Positions 1 to 9,300 of a DNA stretch of 64,000 nucleotides are shown one piece after another. The notes below the pieces were generated by a model. That model was not told the DNA's origin, made no database searches, and worked only from the letters and a program-made list of their open reading frames with translations. The translations under genes were made by a program, and so were the position numbers. Within the stretch, counting starts at the first letter, position 1; every line of letters begins with the position of its first letter. This stretch comes from Azolla caroliniana (taxonomy: Eukaryota; Plantae; Polypodiophyta), in contig JBHGNT010000086.1 of the NCBI GenBank assembly GCA_043228905.1, positions 32,171-96,170 of the forward strand. Reading direction: 5' to 3'.

Positions 1-1277
1 TATTCCTTGGTTTTGTCGGGTTTTTGCGAAAATCTCTTTGCAATTATTCCCAATTGACATTGTTGTATACTAATCTTCTGAAAGGTCAAATGCGTAAGTC
101 TAAAAAACCTATAGTATGGAATGCTACTCTTAACCTCGCCTTTAAGGACTTGAAGGACCAGGTGCGCAAGGCTCCTTCGCTTCTCTTACCGGATCCTTCA
201 AAACCTTTTCAAGTTGAAACCGACGCAAGTGATTATGCTATAGGTGTTGTTCTATATCAAGATGGTAAACCAATAGCATTTGAGAGTAAGAAACTTGATT
301 CTACTGAATGTTGGTATACTGTTCAAGTAAAGGAATTATCTGCAGTTATCCATGCGCTAAATTCATGGCGTCATTATCTTTATGGAAATCGTTTTGTGGT
401 AACTACGAACCACGAGTCCTTGAAATTTTTGTGACCAAAAAAACTTTAAGGGTCGCAAGGCACGACGGGTAGATCTCATCTAGGACTTTGATTTTTCCAT
501 ACAATATCGTAAAGGTTCCATGAATACTATCATTCATGCCCTTAGTCACATTTGTGAAGTAAACATGCTTAGCTTAACTGAAATAACATTAGATCTTTAT
601 GATCACCTTCGAGGAAAGTATCTTGATGATGAATATTTTGCAAAATACTGGGCAAGAGTTGAGCCTGGAACAAATATCACCACACCCTTGAAGGAATTCT
701 TCCACAATGCTAATGGTATGCCCTATCATAATGGGAAGGTTTGTGTTATAGATTTGCTTAAGGTCAAAAAGAGAATTCTTTTTGAATACCATGATGCACC
801 CTCAACATGGCACCTTGGAATAAATCGCACACTTGTTCTCATCTCCACTCAATTCTATTGGCCTAAGATGCGTCCTGACATACATATCTACGTGACTAAA
901 TGTCATCTTATTCAATGTCAGGTTAACAAAGTTGAGCGACTTAAAGCCGTTGGACTTTTACATCCCTTGGAAATTCCCAACAATAAGTGGGAAAGTATAT
1001 CCATGGATTTTATTGTTAGCATTCCTCGCACCCAAAAAGGCCATGATGCCATCTGGGTTGTGGTTGATAGACTAACTATAGTAAAATGGCCAAATTTATT
1101 GCAGTTACTAAAGCCACGGTAACAACTCCTGAATTGGCTTACCAATTCGTTGATGAGTTATTTCGTTTTATGGGTTACCAATGGATATTGTGAGTGATTG
1201 AGATCCAAAGATTCCTAGTGATTTTTGGACGCAAGTCTGTAAGATGTTAGAAACTACATTGAGCATGAGCTCCACGG
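1..1277 (+). mobile_element. Ty3/gypsy pol remnant (RNase H plus integrase N-terminus/core), frameshifted and truncated by an LTR insertion
   Basis: ORF 24-434 has the RNase H motif FQVETDASDYAIGVVLYQDGKPIAFESKKL. ORF 520-1122 has the integrase zinc-binding region (YHDAPSTWHLG...FYWPKM...CHLIQC) and KWESISMDFI...VVVDRLT. Stops and frameshifts lie between the pieces. Confidence 0.9.
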
Positions 1278-1938
1278 TGTCGTGAAGAAAACCGTCCCCA
1301 GGCGCAAACCGTGTAGAGCGTGTGTGAACCGGCCCTTACACGTGGGCACGCCCCTTGTTGTATAGTAGATAGGTAGGCACAAAAGTCGAATCCTAGGTAG
1401 CAATATTCTATAGAGAGAATTAATGTGATGTAAACGGATGAAACGGTCTCCCTCCTTGAGCTATAAAAGAGAGGGAGACGGGGGGAGAAGGTATCACGCG
1501 CTAGAGGGGACGAAGTGCTGTCGGACTGGGACCAAGCTCTTCTTCTCTGTCGTTCTCCATAGCTTTCTTTTGCGCAGGTTCTTAGGAGGCTGATTCTGCT
1601 CCGTGGAACGCCCGTGTGCTTCCGGCAGAATCTCCATCTTGCTCCCCTGTGTGCGTGGGTGATTAGGCGTCGACATCCATCTTGCCGACCTGATCGGCAA
1701 TAACCGTTCGAGTCGTTTGCATACATACAAATACATACATATATTTATATACATACACTAGTGTTCTCAACTTGTGTCTCCTGTGTTGTTGGGCCGCGTC
1801 CCCGTGCGCTTCTTTGTCTATACGTGTGTGAGCGTCTCTCTCTCTCTCTCTCTCTCTCTCCCGTTTCTCACCTATTCCTCGGTCCAAGACCCCAGTGGTC
1901 CCGCCTTGTTCTCCACGCACGTGCGTAACAATGCGACA
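1278..1938 (+). mobile_element. LTR of Trp-primed gypsy element A
   Basis: Begins TGTCG and ends CGACA. Contains CTATAAAAG (1461) and a (CT)n tract. A tRNA-Trp PBS follows after 4 nt, then a short gag-like start (MASAVDRIVSAR) resembling AVDRVVELE of element B Gag. Confidence 0.8.
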
Positions 1939-1942
1939 TCTT

Positions 1943-1960
1943 TGGTGAACCCGACGTGAA
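1943..1960 (+). promoter_or_regulatory. Primer-binding site complementary to the 3' end of tRNA-Trp (element A)
   Basis: TGGTGAACCCGACGTGAA is the reverse complement of TTCACGTCGGGTTCA-CCA, the 3' end of plant cytosolic tRNA-Trp as I recall it. Confidence 0.8.
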
Positions 1961-2419
1961 CATGCGGCAGAGGAGTGGAAGATGAGGGGGTCGGACCTCG
2001 CAGAAGCCATGGCTTCGGCTGTGGACCGTATAGTGAGTGCGCGCTGTCGTGAAGATTTTCGGCAATAGTGTGAAAATCCCATAAAACGTACAAAATCGAG
2101 TATGAATCACGTAATACAATAATTGTGAAGATAACATTTTTAATATCTAAGTACAAAATGATCGAGGTTTCGAATGCACTTTATTACACAAGAAATAGAC
2201 AACTAAATGTCAAGATATGAGGGTATAAAGTTTGTGAAAAGAAAAGAGAAAATTGTGAGATATCCCACATAGGCACGACAAATACGGCTCTCATCATATA
2301 TAAGGTGGAGCAAAAGATATTATCTTTGTGTCTATGTGTGGAGCATAAAGAGTTCAAGGTAACTTGAACTTAGAGTGGAGGTGGCTAGCTACTCGAAAAG
2401 GGTTTTGGCCAACCAAAAC

Positions 2420-2628
2420 CGGACCGGCGATGGAGCCGGTGATCCGACGGCATCCGACGGCAATCCGGCGGCAACATGCGGCGTCGGTATCCGGGGTCGG
2501 CGTCGGCATCCGACGGCGGCACTGGCATCCGGTGTCGGCGTCGGCATCCGGCGGCGACACCGGTATCCAATGGCGGCACCAGTATTCGGCGACGGGATCC
2601 GACGATGGTATCCGGCGAACCGGCGACT
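2420..2628. repeat. GC-rich degenerate minisatellite inside LTR B
   Basis: Repeated CGGCGTCGGCATCCG / ATCCGACGGC-type units in an otherwise AT-rich LTR. Confidence 0.75.
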
Positions 2629-2676
2629 AGATAAAATAAATATATAAAAATATATACATATTTACATATACAAGGA

Positions 2677-2747
2677 GGGCAAGTATAGATTCGAACCTTG
2701 CACCTCCAAGTTAGAAGTCAAATGGCTTACCATTAAGCCATGGTATT
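2677..2747 (-). ncRNA. tRNA-Arg(UCU)-derived pseudo-tRNA / Pol III type-2 promoter inside LTR B
   Basis: Minus strand reads A-box TGGCTTAATGG (2740-2730), D-arm GGCTTA/TAAGCC, loop CT-TCT-AA and B-box GGTTCGAATCT (2697-2687) at exact tRNA spacing. Acceptor and anticodon stems do not pair well, so it is not a functional tRNA. Confidence 0.65.
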
Positions 2748-3153
2748 TAGTTGAAATTATATTTCTATCATTGTACTTTTACATGTAAATTCTCATCCAT
2801 GAGAGCTAAAATGGGTGACATGGTTAGCATGCACCACATGTAATACTTAAGTGCCAAATGGCAAACATGCAATTTATGCATGTCTTGTACCCTCACATGT
2901 ATCATATGCATGAGAGCATCTATAAAAGAGGGAAGGGGGAGGAGAAAAACATGGGTTTTTTTTTTGTATGAAAATTAAGAGGAAGAAATTCGTTATCAAA
3001 TTGATCGTGTAATCTCAACTTCTCTCTTTCCCAATCTATCTTAAGTTCTTTCTCGCCAAAGCTTGTATCGACTCTAAATCCTTCTGGTCCAGAACCCCGG
3101 CGGTTCCGCCTCACGATCCGCTCGTAGTGACGGATCTTCACGACATAATTAAG

Positions 3154-3171
3154 TGGTGAACCCGACGTGAA
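3154..3171 (+). promoter_or_regulatory. Primer-binding site complementary to tRNA-Trp (element B)
   Basis: TGGTGAACCCGACGTGAA, identical to 1943-1960, located 8 nt after the LTR end. Confidence 0.8.
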
Positions 3172-3212
3172 CGAGGCGGTAGGAAGGATCAAGTCGAGAT
3201 TAATACTTGGAG

Positions 3213-5411
3213 ATGGCGTCCTCAAGCAACCAAGCAGGAGAGCTCGAAAGGATGATGCTAATCGTCGAGCAAATGATGAGATCTCAGGACAACGACGCGA
3301 GCGTGGAGAAGGCTGTCGATCGTGTCGTAGAGCTCGAGGGCCAATTCGATGGAAGGAACGTTACGAAGTTCCTTGATGCATATAAGAGGGAGATGAATCA
3401 AAGGGACGTGTCCGAGGCACGTCAAATCGCAAGCTTCAAGAGAGTTGTCGCCAACAACATCCAAAGACGTGTCATCGAGCTTCAAGAAGGAAAGACAACA
3501 TGGTCTGAGTTCGAGAAAACGATACTAGCGGAGTTTGTGACTGAAGACTCAACGAGGATGACTCGACATGCCCTGATGAAGTGGATAGAGAAGAAGAATA
3601 AGAAGATGAGCGTCTCGAGGGTGTACGACGAATTCGACCAGATGTTTAGTCGTCTCCCCAATACAGACCAAGTATTGCTTGAAGAGGACAAGACTTTGTA
3701 CTTCTTCAAGGCCGTGGACATAAAGGATAGACGGGAGTTGGGGACTCTTCTCGAAGATGATACCCAAGCAAATGGGCTCGTAGCGGACTGGATCGCGGTG
3801 AAACGGGCATGCAATAGGCTCGACAAGCGTCGCCAATGGGTTCATGACACCGACTTGATGGGACCGACTACCACGGAGAAAGCAAGACCGCCGAAAGTAG
3901 CTGAGCCGCCGAGACAAAGTAACGTGGAAGAAAAGAAGATTGATGACAACATCATTGAAGAGCTAGCGAAGAAGTTCGAGAAGGTCACGCTAGCCAACAT
4001 GAATCGTCGGGGCCCTAAAGGAAAAGAACCCTTTAGATGCGTGTGGTGCGATAGCATGGACCACATGAGAAGGGATTGTGCGAGCCTTCGAGAGGCGATT
4101 CGACAAAATATCGTATACATAGAGGACAACATGATCTGCTCAAGCGAGACTAGAAGACCCCTACGGGTGAATTTCGGAAGAGGAGGAATGAAGAAATCTA
4201 TGGAGGATGCCGATGTGACTCATGTGGATGCGATGCACTATGCTGCGTCGGCCGGAATAAGAGTCGGGAAAGACAAGACTGAAGCTGCTAGAGCGGGAGC
4301 AAAGTTTTGGACTTCCGTTCTCGAATATGAGAAGAAGGGAAAAGTCACATCGAACGAGGTAGAGCTTGCAGACCGAAGCGTGCAAAGCATAACTGGGTGG
4401 TCGGATCCGGTGGACGACAACACCATACTTGCAGAGGTGATGTGCGACAACCACGAGGTGTTCGTCGAAGAAAAGAGAAAGAGAATAGAAGAGCAAGGGC
4501 CATCAAAAAGACATGAAACAAGGAACGCGAAAAAGAAGGACGATGCGGAGACGAGTCAACCTTTACAAACGGAGGAACGAGAATCAAGCCGAAAAGGGGA
4601 GCCGAGCATACGAGTTGAAGAAACGGTTCGGCCCGTGAAGGTTGGTGTCGAAGACCCCGCTCGGAGGACAAGGACCATACCTACCTATAAGCTAAGGTCA
4701 GACATAGAGCAGACGACGGACCTAAAGAAGATTCTCGAAGAACGAGTTCTTGATAGCCATGTAACTTTGTCCTTGAGGGAATTGCTTGGCATTACGAAGA
4801 AGGAGTTCCATGACACGATCGTGGACCTTGTAAAGAGAAAGAGACAACAATCGGACGAGGAAGAAGAGAAGCCGCAGAAAGCAAAAACGAATGCCATAAC
4901 GATGGCAAGAGACGAAATCGATGAAGATATGGTGGACAGCCACTACACTCGACCTCATTGGGCACGAGCGACAACGGAGACGCCGGTGAAGATCGGGGAG
5001 AAGAAAGAGACCGTCGTAGCCTTGATCGACCACGGCTCGGAGATCAACCTCATGTCAACCGACTTCTACAAAAAGGGAAGATGGCCAATCAATACAAACC
5101 ACGGATGGAAGATTCGCGCGGCAACAAAGTCTACGGAGGACTTGTACGGAGCTTGTCCCAATGTCAAAGTCACGATCGGGGATGTGGAGATGGATGAACA
5201 CTTCTTCGTACAAGAATCGGCATCGCATCCTGTCATCCTAGGGCAACCTTATATCACATCATCTCGGATGGAGACCAAAGTGTTCGATAATGGAGCAACC
5301 TTCGCACGAATAAAGAGTCTTGACAACCAAAGATCGGTCCAATTCCTAACAGTGCGAGCCAATCATGAAAGGAATCGAGATAGTCTCGGAGGCGAATCCT
5401 CGGATTTTTAG
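3213..5411 (+). CDS. gag: Gypsy element B Gag-protease polyprotein (about 732 aa from the first ATG)
   Basis: Uninterrupted ORF with a CCHC knuckle CVWCDSMDHMRRDC and retropepsin motifs ALIDHGSEINLM and VILGQPY. Confidence 0.88.
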   Translation: MASSSNQAGELERMMLIVEQMMRSQDNDASVEKAVDRVVELEGQFDGRNVTKFLDAYKREMNQRDVSEARQIASFKRVVANNIQRRVIELQEGKTTWSEFEKTILAEFVTEDSTRMTRHALMKWIEKKNKKMSVSRVYDEFDQMFSRLPNTDQVLLEEDKTLYFFKAVDIKDRRELGTLLEDDTQANGLVADWIAVKRACNRLDKRRQWVHDTDLMGPTTTEKARPPKVAEPPRQSNVEEKKIDDNIIEELAKKFEKVTLANMNRRGPKGKEPFRCVWCDSMDHMRRDCASLREAIRQNIVYIEDNMICSSETRRPLRVNFGRGGMKKSMEDADVTHVDAMHYAASAGIRVGKDKTEAARAGAKFWTSVLEYEKKGKVTSNEVELADRSVQSITGWSDPVDDNTILAEVMCDNHEVFVEEKRKRIEEQGPSKRHETRNAKKKDDAETSQPLQTEERESSRKGEPSIRVEETVRPVKVGVEDPARRTRTIPTYKLRSDIEQTTDLKKILEERVLDSHVTLSLRELLGITKKEFHDTIVDLVKRKRQQSDEEEEKPQKAKTNAITMARDEIDEDMVDSHYTRPHWARATTETPVKIGEKKETVVALIDHGSEINLMSTDFYKKGRWPINTNHGWKIRAATKSTEDLYGACPNVKVTIGDVEMDEHFFVQESASHPVILGQPYITSSRMETKVFDNGATFARIKSLDNQRSVQFLTVRANHERNRDSLGGESSDF

Positions 5412-5464
5412 AGCGGACTATTGAAGCATGGGGCACAAATAGTCGGAGCAATCACAAGACCCCA
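5402..5464 (+). promoter_or_regulatory. Predicted -1 programmed ribosomal frameshift signal
   Basis: G_GAT_TTT (5402-5408) lies directly before the TAG of ORF1. 7-nt spacer; stem 1 GACTATT/AATAGTC; stem 2 TGGGG/CCCCA. The -1 frame is open into RT. Confidence 0.75.
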
Positions 5465-6928
5465 CAAGAAAGAAGAGCGTGTGGATTGCAAGGAGAAGCA
5501 ACATGTGTCACACCTAGTGGCGCATGTAAACTAGTACTACCCGACAAGAAGCACAAGCGCCGGATACAAGAATTCGAGAAGATGCTGAAAGAAGAGAACA
5601 TAATAGAAGAAGGAGAGTTTGTGACTCATATTATGGAAGAAGCCTCATTTAACGACACCATCGGCGAAATCGAGGACGTCGTGGACTTGAGCTATCTTCA
5701 CAACCAACGTGTGATTTCGGTTAACTCCGTCAACATGTACGCTATCATCGATGAATACTGTCGTGGCATCTCGATGAAGGAAGCTGACATCAACACGAAA
5801 TATAAAACAGTGGATAAGAAGATCAAGCCAGTTGCGGTTCCGCTACCGGAAGATAGCTGGCAAAAGATGAAGGAAGTCGCTAACGATCCAAGCTTAAGAG
5901 ATCTGAAGAAGATAGGTCATGACTTCACCAAAGAGACGAAGGGGAAGCTACGAGTTGGAAAGGAGGATTTCCTTCTCCCTGAAGAGGAGCGAATGTTTCG
6001 CGATATGCTTGAGAGACATGGGAAGGCTTTCGCATTCTTCCCACGAGAAATCGGATGCGCCGACCCAAAGGTTATAGAGCCGATGGTGATCTTCACGGTG
6101 CCTCATGTGCCTTGGAACTTGAAACCGATACCGGTTCCGAGAGCACACCTTCCGAAGCTGATCGAGCTCTTAAAGGAGAAGGTGAGTATGGGAATTCTAG
6201 AACCGTCGAATGCTCCTTATTCCAATAGGTGGTTCACGGTGCCGAAGAAGAATGGATCATTGCTATTCATCCAAGATCTTCAACCCGTGAACAAGGTGAC
6301 AATTCGAAATGCCGGAATCGGTCCGAGCGTGGACGAATTTGCCGAAGCGTTTGCGGGCCGGTCCATCTACTCCATTGGCGATCTCTACTCCGGATATGAC
6401 CAATTCCAATTGGCGATCGACAGTCGGGACATTACAACCATGAGGACTCCGATCGGGCTTGTGCGGATGTGTACCTTACCCCAAGGCGCAACGAACTCGG
6501 TGGCTCATATGGTGAATGCCAAGAATAAAGTCTTGAAGGATTGCATTCTGGACATCACGATGCCATTCTTGGATGATATTCCGATAAAAGGATGTTCGGA
6601 TGAGGAGAAAGATGAATCGAAAGATAAGGAAGGTTGTAGAAAGTTCGTTGCGGATCATATGAAAGATTGCGAGAAGGTGCTTCAAAGGCTCGAAGATGCG
6701 AATTTGACATTTTCGGGAGAAAAATCCACATTCGGGCAACCGGAGATCTTGGTGGTAGGTCACTTGTGTGGAGCATACGGCCGGAAGCCCTCGCCATCCA
6801 AAGTGAACGCAATCCAAGACATGAAAGAAGAATGCGAAAACCAAACGGAGGTTCGAAGGTTCCTTGGAGCGTGCGCATTTTATCATATATGGATTCCTCA
6901 CTACGCTCATGTCGCCGAACCGTTATAT
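5408..6928 (+). CDS. pol: Gypsy element B Pol (reverse transcriptase), -1 frame, truncated before RNase H/integrase
   Basis: Frame open from 5384. RT motifs WFTVPKKNG, DLQPVN, DLYSGYDQF, LPQGATNS, PFLDD and VRRFLG. Homology stops at HVAEPLY (about 6928). Confidence 0.85.
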
Positions 6929-7085
6929 GCATCTTGCCCCGTCTATTCTATGTTATTGTCTTATTCTTTCTCACATCCTCTTGAGCTAAGCTTCCATTTT
7001 GTGTCTTATTCTTTCTCCTCTACTCCCTAGTCCAAGACCCTCGTGGTCCCGCCCCTTCTACACGCATGCGCGTAACAACGCAACA
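6929..7085 (+). mobile_element. 3' part of an LTR of the element A family
   Basis: 7021-7085 (...GTCCAAGACCCTCGTGGTCCCGCC...GCGTAACAACGCAACA) aligns with 1872-1938, the end of LTR A, with several mismatches. Confidence 0.7.
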
Positions 7086-8549
7086 ACGGCAAGGTTCAAC
7101 TCACTCTCCTTGGTGATGAGCATTAGTTCTTCTTCACTTGCCGCGATCTTCATTGTTCCCTTCTGGTCCGGGCCTTGCCCCGAACCGTTTCGGTACTGTC
7201 GGTTCCCTTGTCCTTCTAGAAATGCCGACAGTTCTTTTGGAAGTGCCTCGGCTTGCCGCAATAGAAGCAAGTGGGCCTCCCCCTTGACTTTGACCGTGTC
7301 CCTAACTTTTCCCGGTTCTGGGGACTTCGATTCTTTTGTCTTCCGCATTCCGATTCGGTAAGGAGGGCTTTGGCATCGAAGATCACCTCCTTGTCTTTCC
7401 GATGCGCCTCCTCATCTAGCAAGCTCGACTTGACTCTTGTTAAGGATAGTTGTTTTCCTTCCGGCCCGGCGTTGCCCAACGTGACAACTAACGTCTCCTA
7501 GCTATCCGGGAGGAAACTGAGCAGGAGTAGAGCAAGTACCTCATCGGCGAGAGGTACTTCCAACAAGGTTGCTTGGTGTATCAGCCCCTGGAAGGCATTC
7601 ATGTGCTCCGCCATACTAGAGCCGTCTTGGTACCGGAGCCTCATTGGCGTTCGGAATACCGAAACCCGATTAACAACATTTTTGTTCTGAAACATAATGT
7701 CGATCTTCTCCCAGAGCTCATGAGCCTTGCTCTCTTCATTGAAGTTGTTGTACAAGCTCATGTCGATGAAGCACCGGATGTATGTCGTTGTCTTCATGTG
7801 CATCACCTCCCACACCGTGGCGTCGATCTTGTCCGGTCTCTTGTCCCCGAATTGAGTTACCGTCAACCAAAGATCTTTAACCACCAACATGTCCCTCATC
7901 GTCGACTTCCACACTGAGTAGTTGGAGCTGGTGAGCTTGAACATGCCGCCGTAAGATTCTTCCATTTTCTGTGTTGCTTGCTCTGATACCAATTTGATGA
8001 GAAACGCACAGAATATCGCTCGGCTATAACCGAGTAGTAAGTCACTTCTATAAGAATCAAACACAGAAATGGGAAGTGGAGAGTACACAAGGAAGTGACA
8101 CAGGATGTTTACGTGGAAAACCCTAATAGGGAAAAACCACGGGAACCCACAAACTCCGAACTATCACTATGAAGAGAAGGGGATACAATTTGAGACTCGG
8201 AGGCAACAACCTCGACCTCTGTTTCTTCGCACAATGGCGGTTACAACAGAGTATTGGTATGTATCTCTCTCTCCCTCACTCTCTCTCTGTACAACAGTTA
8301 CAGCAATATAACAGCAACACAATCACACTTCACACACTAAAGTGATTGCCCTAAGTCATATTTATAGTTATATGAACTTAGGGCTATTTACAAAGATAGC
8401 CTCAATGGGCTTGTTCAAGACATATTTACAAATCTGTCTTCTCTCCCGATTCTCACCAGGTCTCCTCCGGTTTCCGGATCTCTTCTGGTTCTCACCGGGT
8501 CCTCTTTATTCAACACCGGATCCCATCCGGAGAGACCGATTTCCCAACA
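7086..8549 (-). mobile_element. Truncated Ty1/copia (Tnt1/Tork-like): 5' LTR 8549-7995, iMet PBS 7991-7980, decayed gag 7965-7086
   Basis: LTR TGTTGGGAAA...TTTCTCATCA and PBS TGGTATCAGAGC. Gag MEESYGGMFKLTSSNYSVWK and knuckle CFYCGKPRHFQKNC, with stops and frameshifts. Confidence 0.88.
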
Positions 8550-8569
8550 AAAATGTTGGCATACATGAA

Positions 8570-9300
8570 ATATGTACATTTAGGTTATCACCCCCATGCT
8601 AAGTTCTAATTGTCTGCTTAAATAAATACTTAGGTGTAGAGTAGAGCCTGTCCACCTTATCAGAAATCTGTGCATAAAACATTTCTTTGTCCCATATGGC
8701 ATGAAACTCCAATCGTTGTAGCTCTACCCGTTGCATATTACCTTTTACATTATCCAAGGAATCTCCAAGTTTATGCACAACCTCTCTCCAAATCCCAGAG
8801 ATTATCTAGGTAGGTCTTTCAGTTACATTTTGGAATACCTTCAAACATCTTGCCTTCCAAATATACCAAATTGTGATACGACTTACCAATTGCCATATTT
8901 TAGGTATATCAGTCTCTATTTGTGGATTTAGAGCTATAATTGTTTTTCGCATCAAATAATGTCTCATAGGAAGAGCATATGCAACATCCTCGTCTTCATA
9001 TATCATTGGTTCATCTTGTACCACAACCCATAATACTAGCTCCCCATGTATAAATCACTTGAGGATAGATTGGTATCAACAATATTATGATTCTTCTCAT
9101 ATTTCCATCACAAAGTCACAACTCCACAAACAATGCTTAGCAATCTCCAATAGATTCGCACACCATTGTCTGCATTCACCCCTTTTCTTCGACCATTAAT
9201 TGGTATAGCTCTATGAACCAACAACCATCGAAAACAAACAAATTTCCTACTCATTTTTATGCCCCACAACCATTTCCAAAATTGCTTGAGATATTGTGGT
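8570..9300 (-). mobile_element. L1-type LINE ORF2 C-terminal remnant (zf-RVT region)
   Basis: Minus-strand translation gives QFWKWLWGIKMSRKFVCFRWLLVHRAIPIN, EIAKHCLWSC and IWQLVSRITIWYIWKARC, which are typical plant L1 C-terminal motifs. Confidence 0.75.

Larger units (their letters stand above)
2045..3145 (+). mobile_element. 5' LTR of Trp-primed gypsy element B, nested in element A
   Basis: Perfect 12-bp terminal inverted repeat TGTCGTGAAGAT...ATCTTCACGACA. TATA-like CTATAAAAG at about 2920. Followed by PBS and gag. Confidence 0.85.

Noticed and set aside
2677-2747. Functional tRNA-Arg gene
   Set aside because: Acceptor, anticodon and T stems do not pair; kept only as a tRNA-derived promoter-like element.
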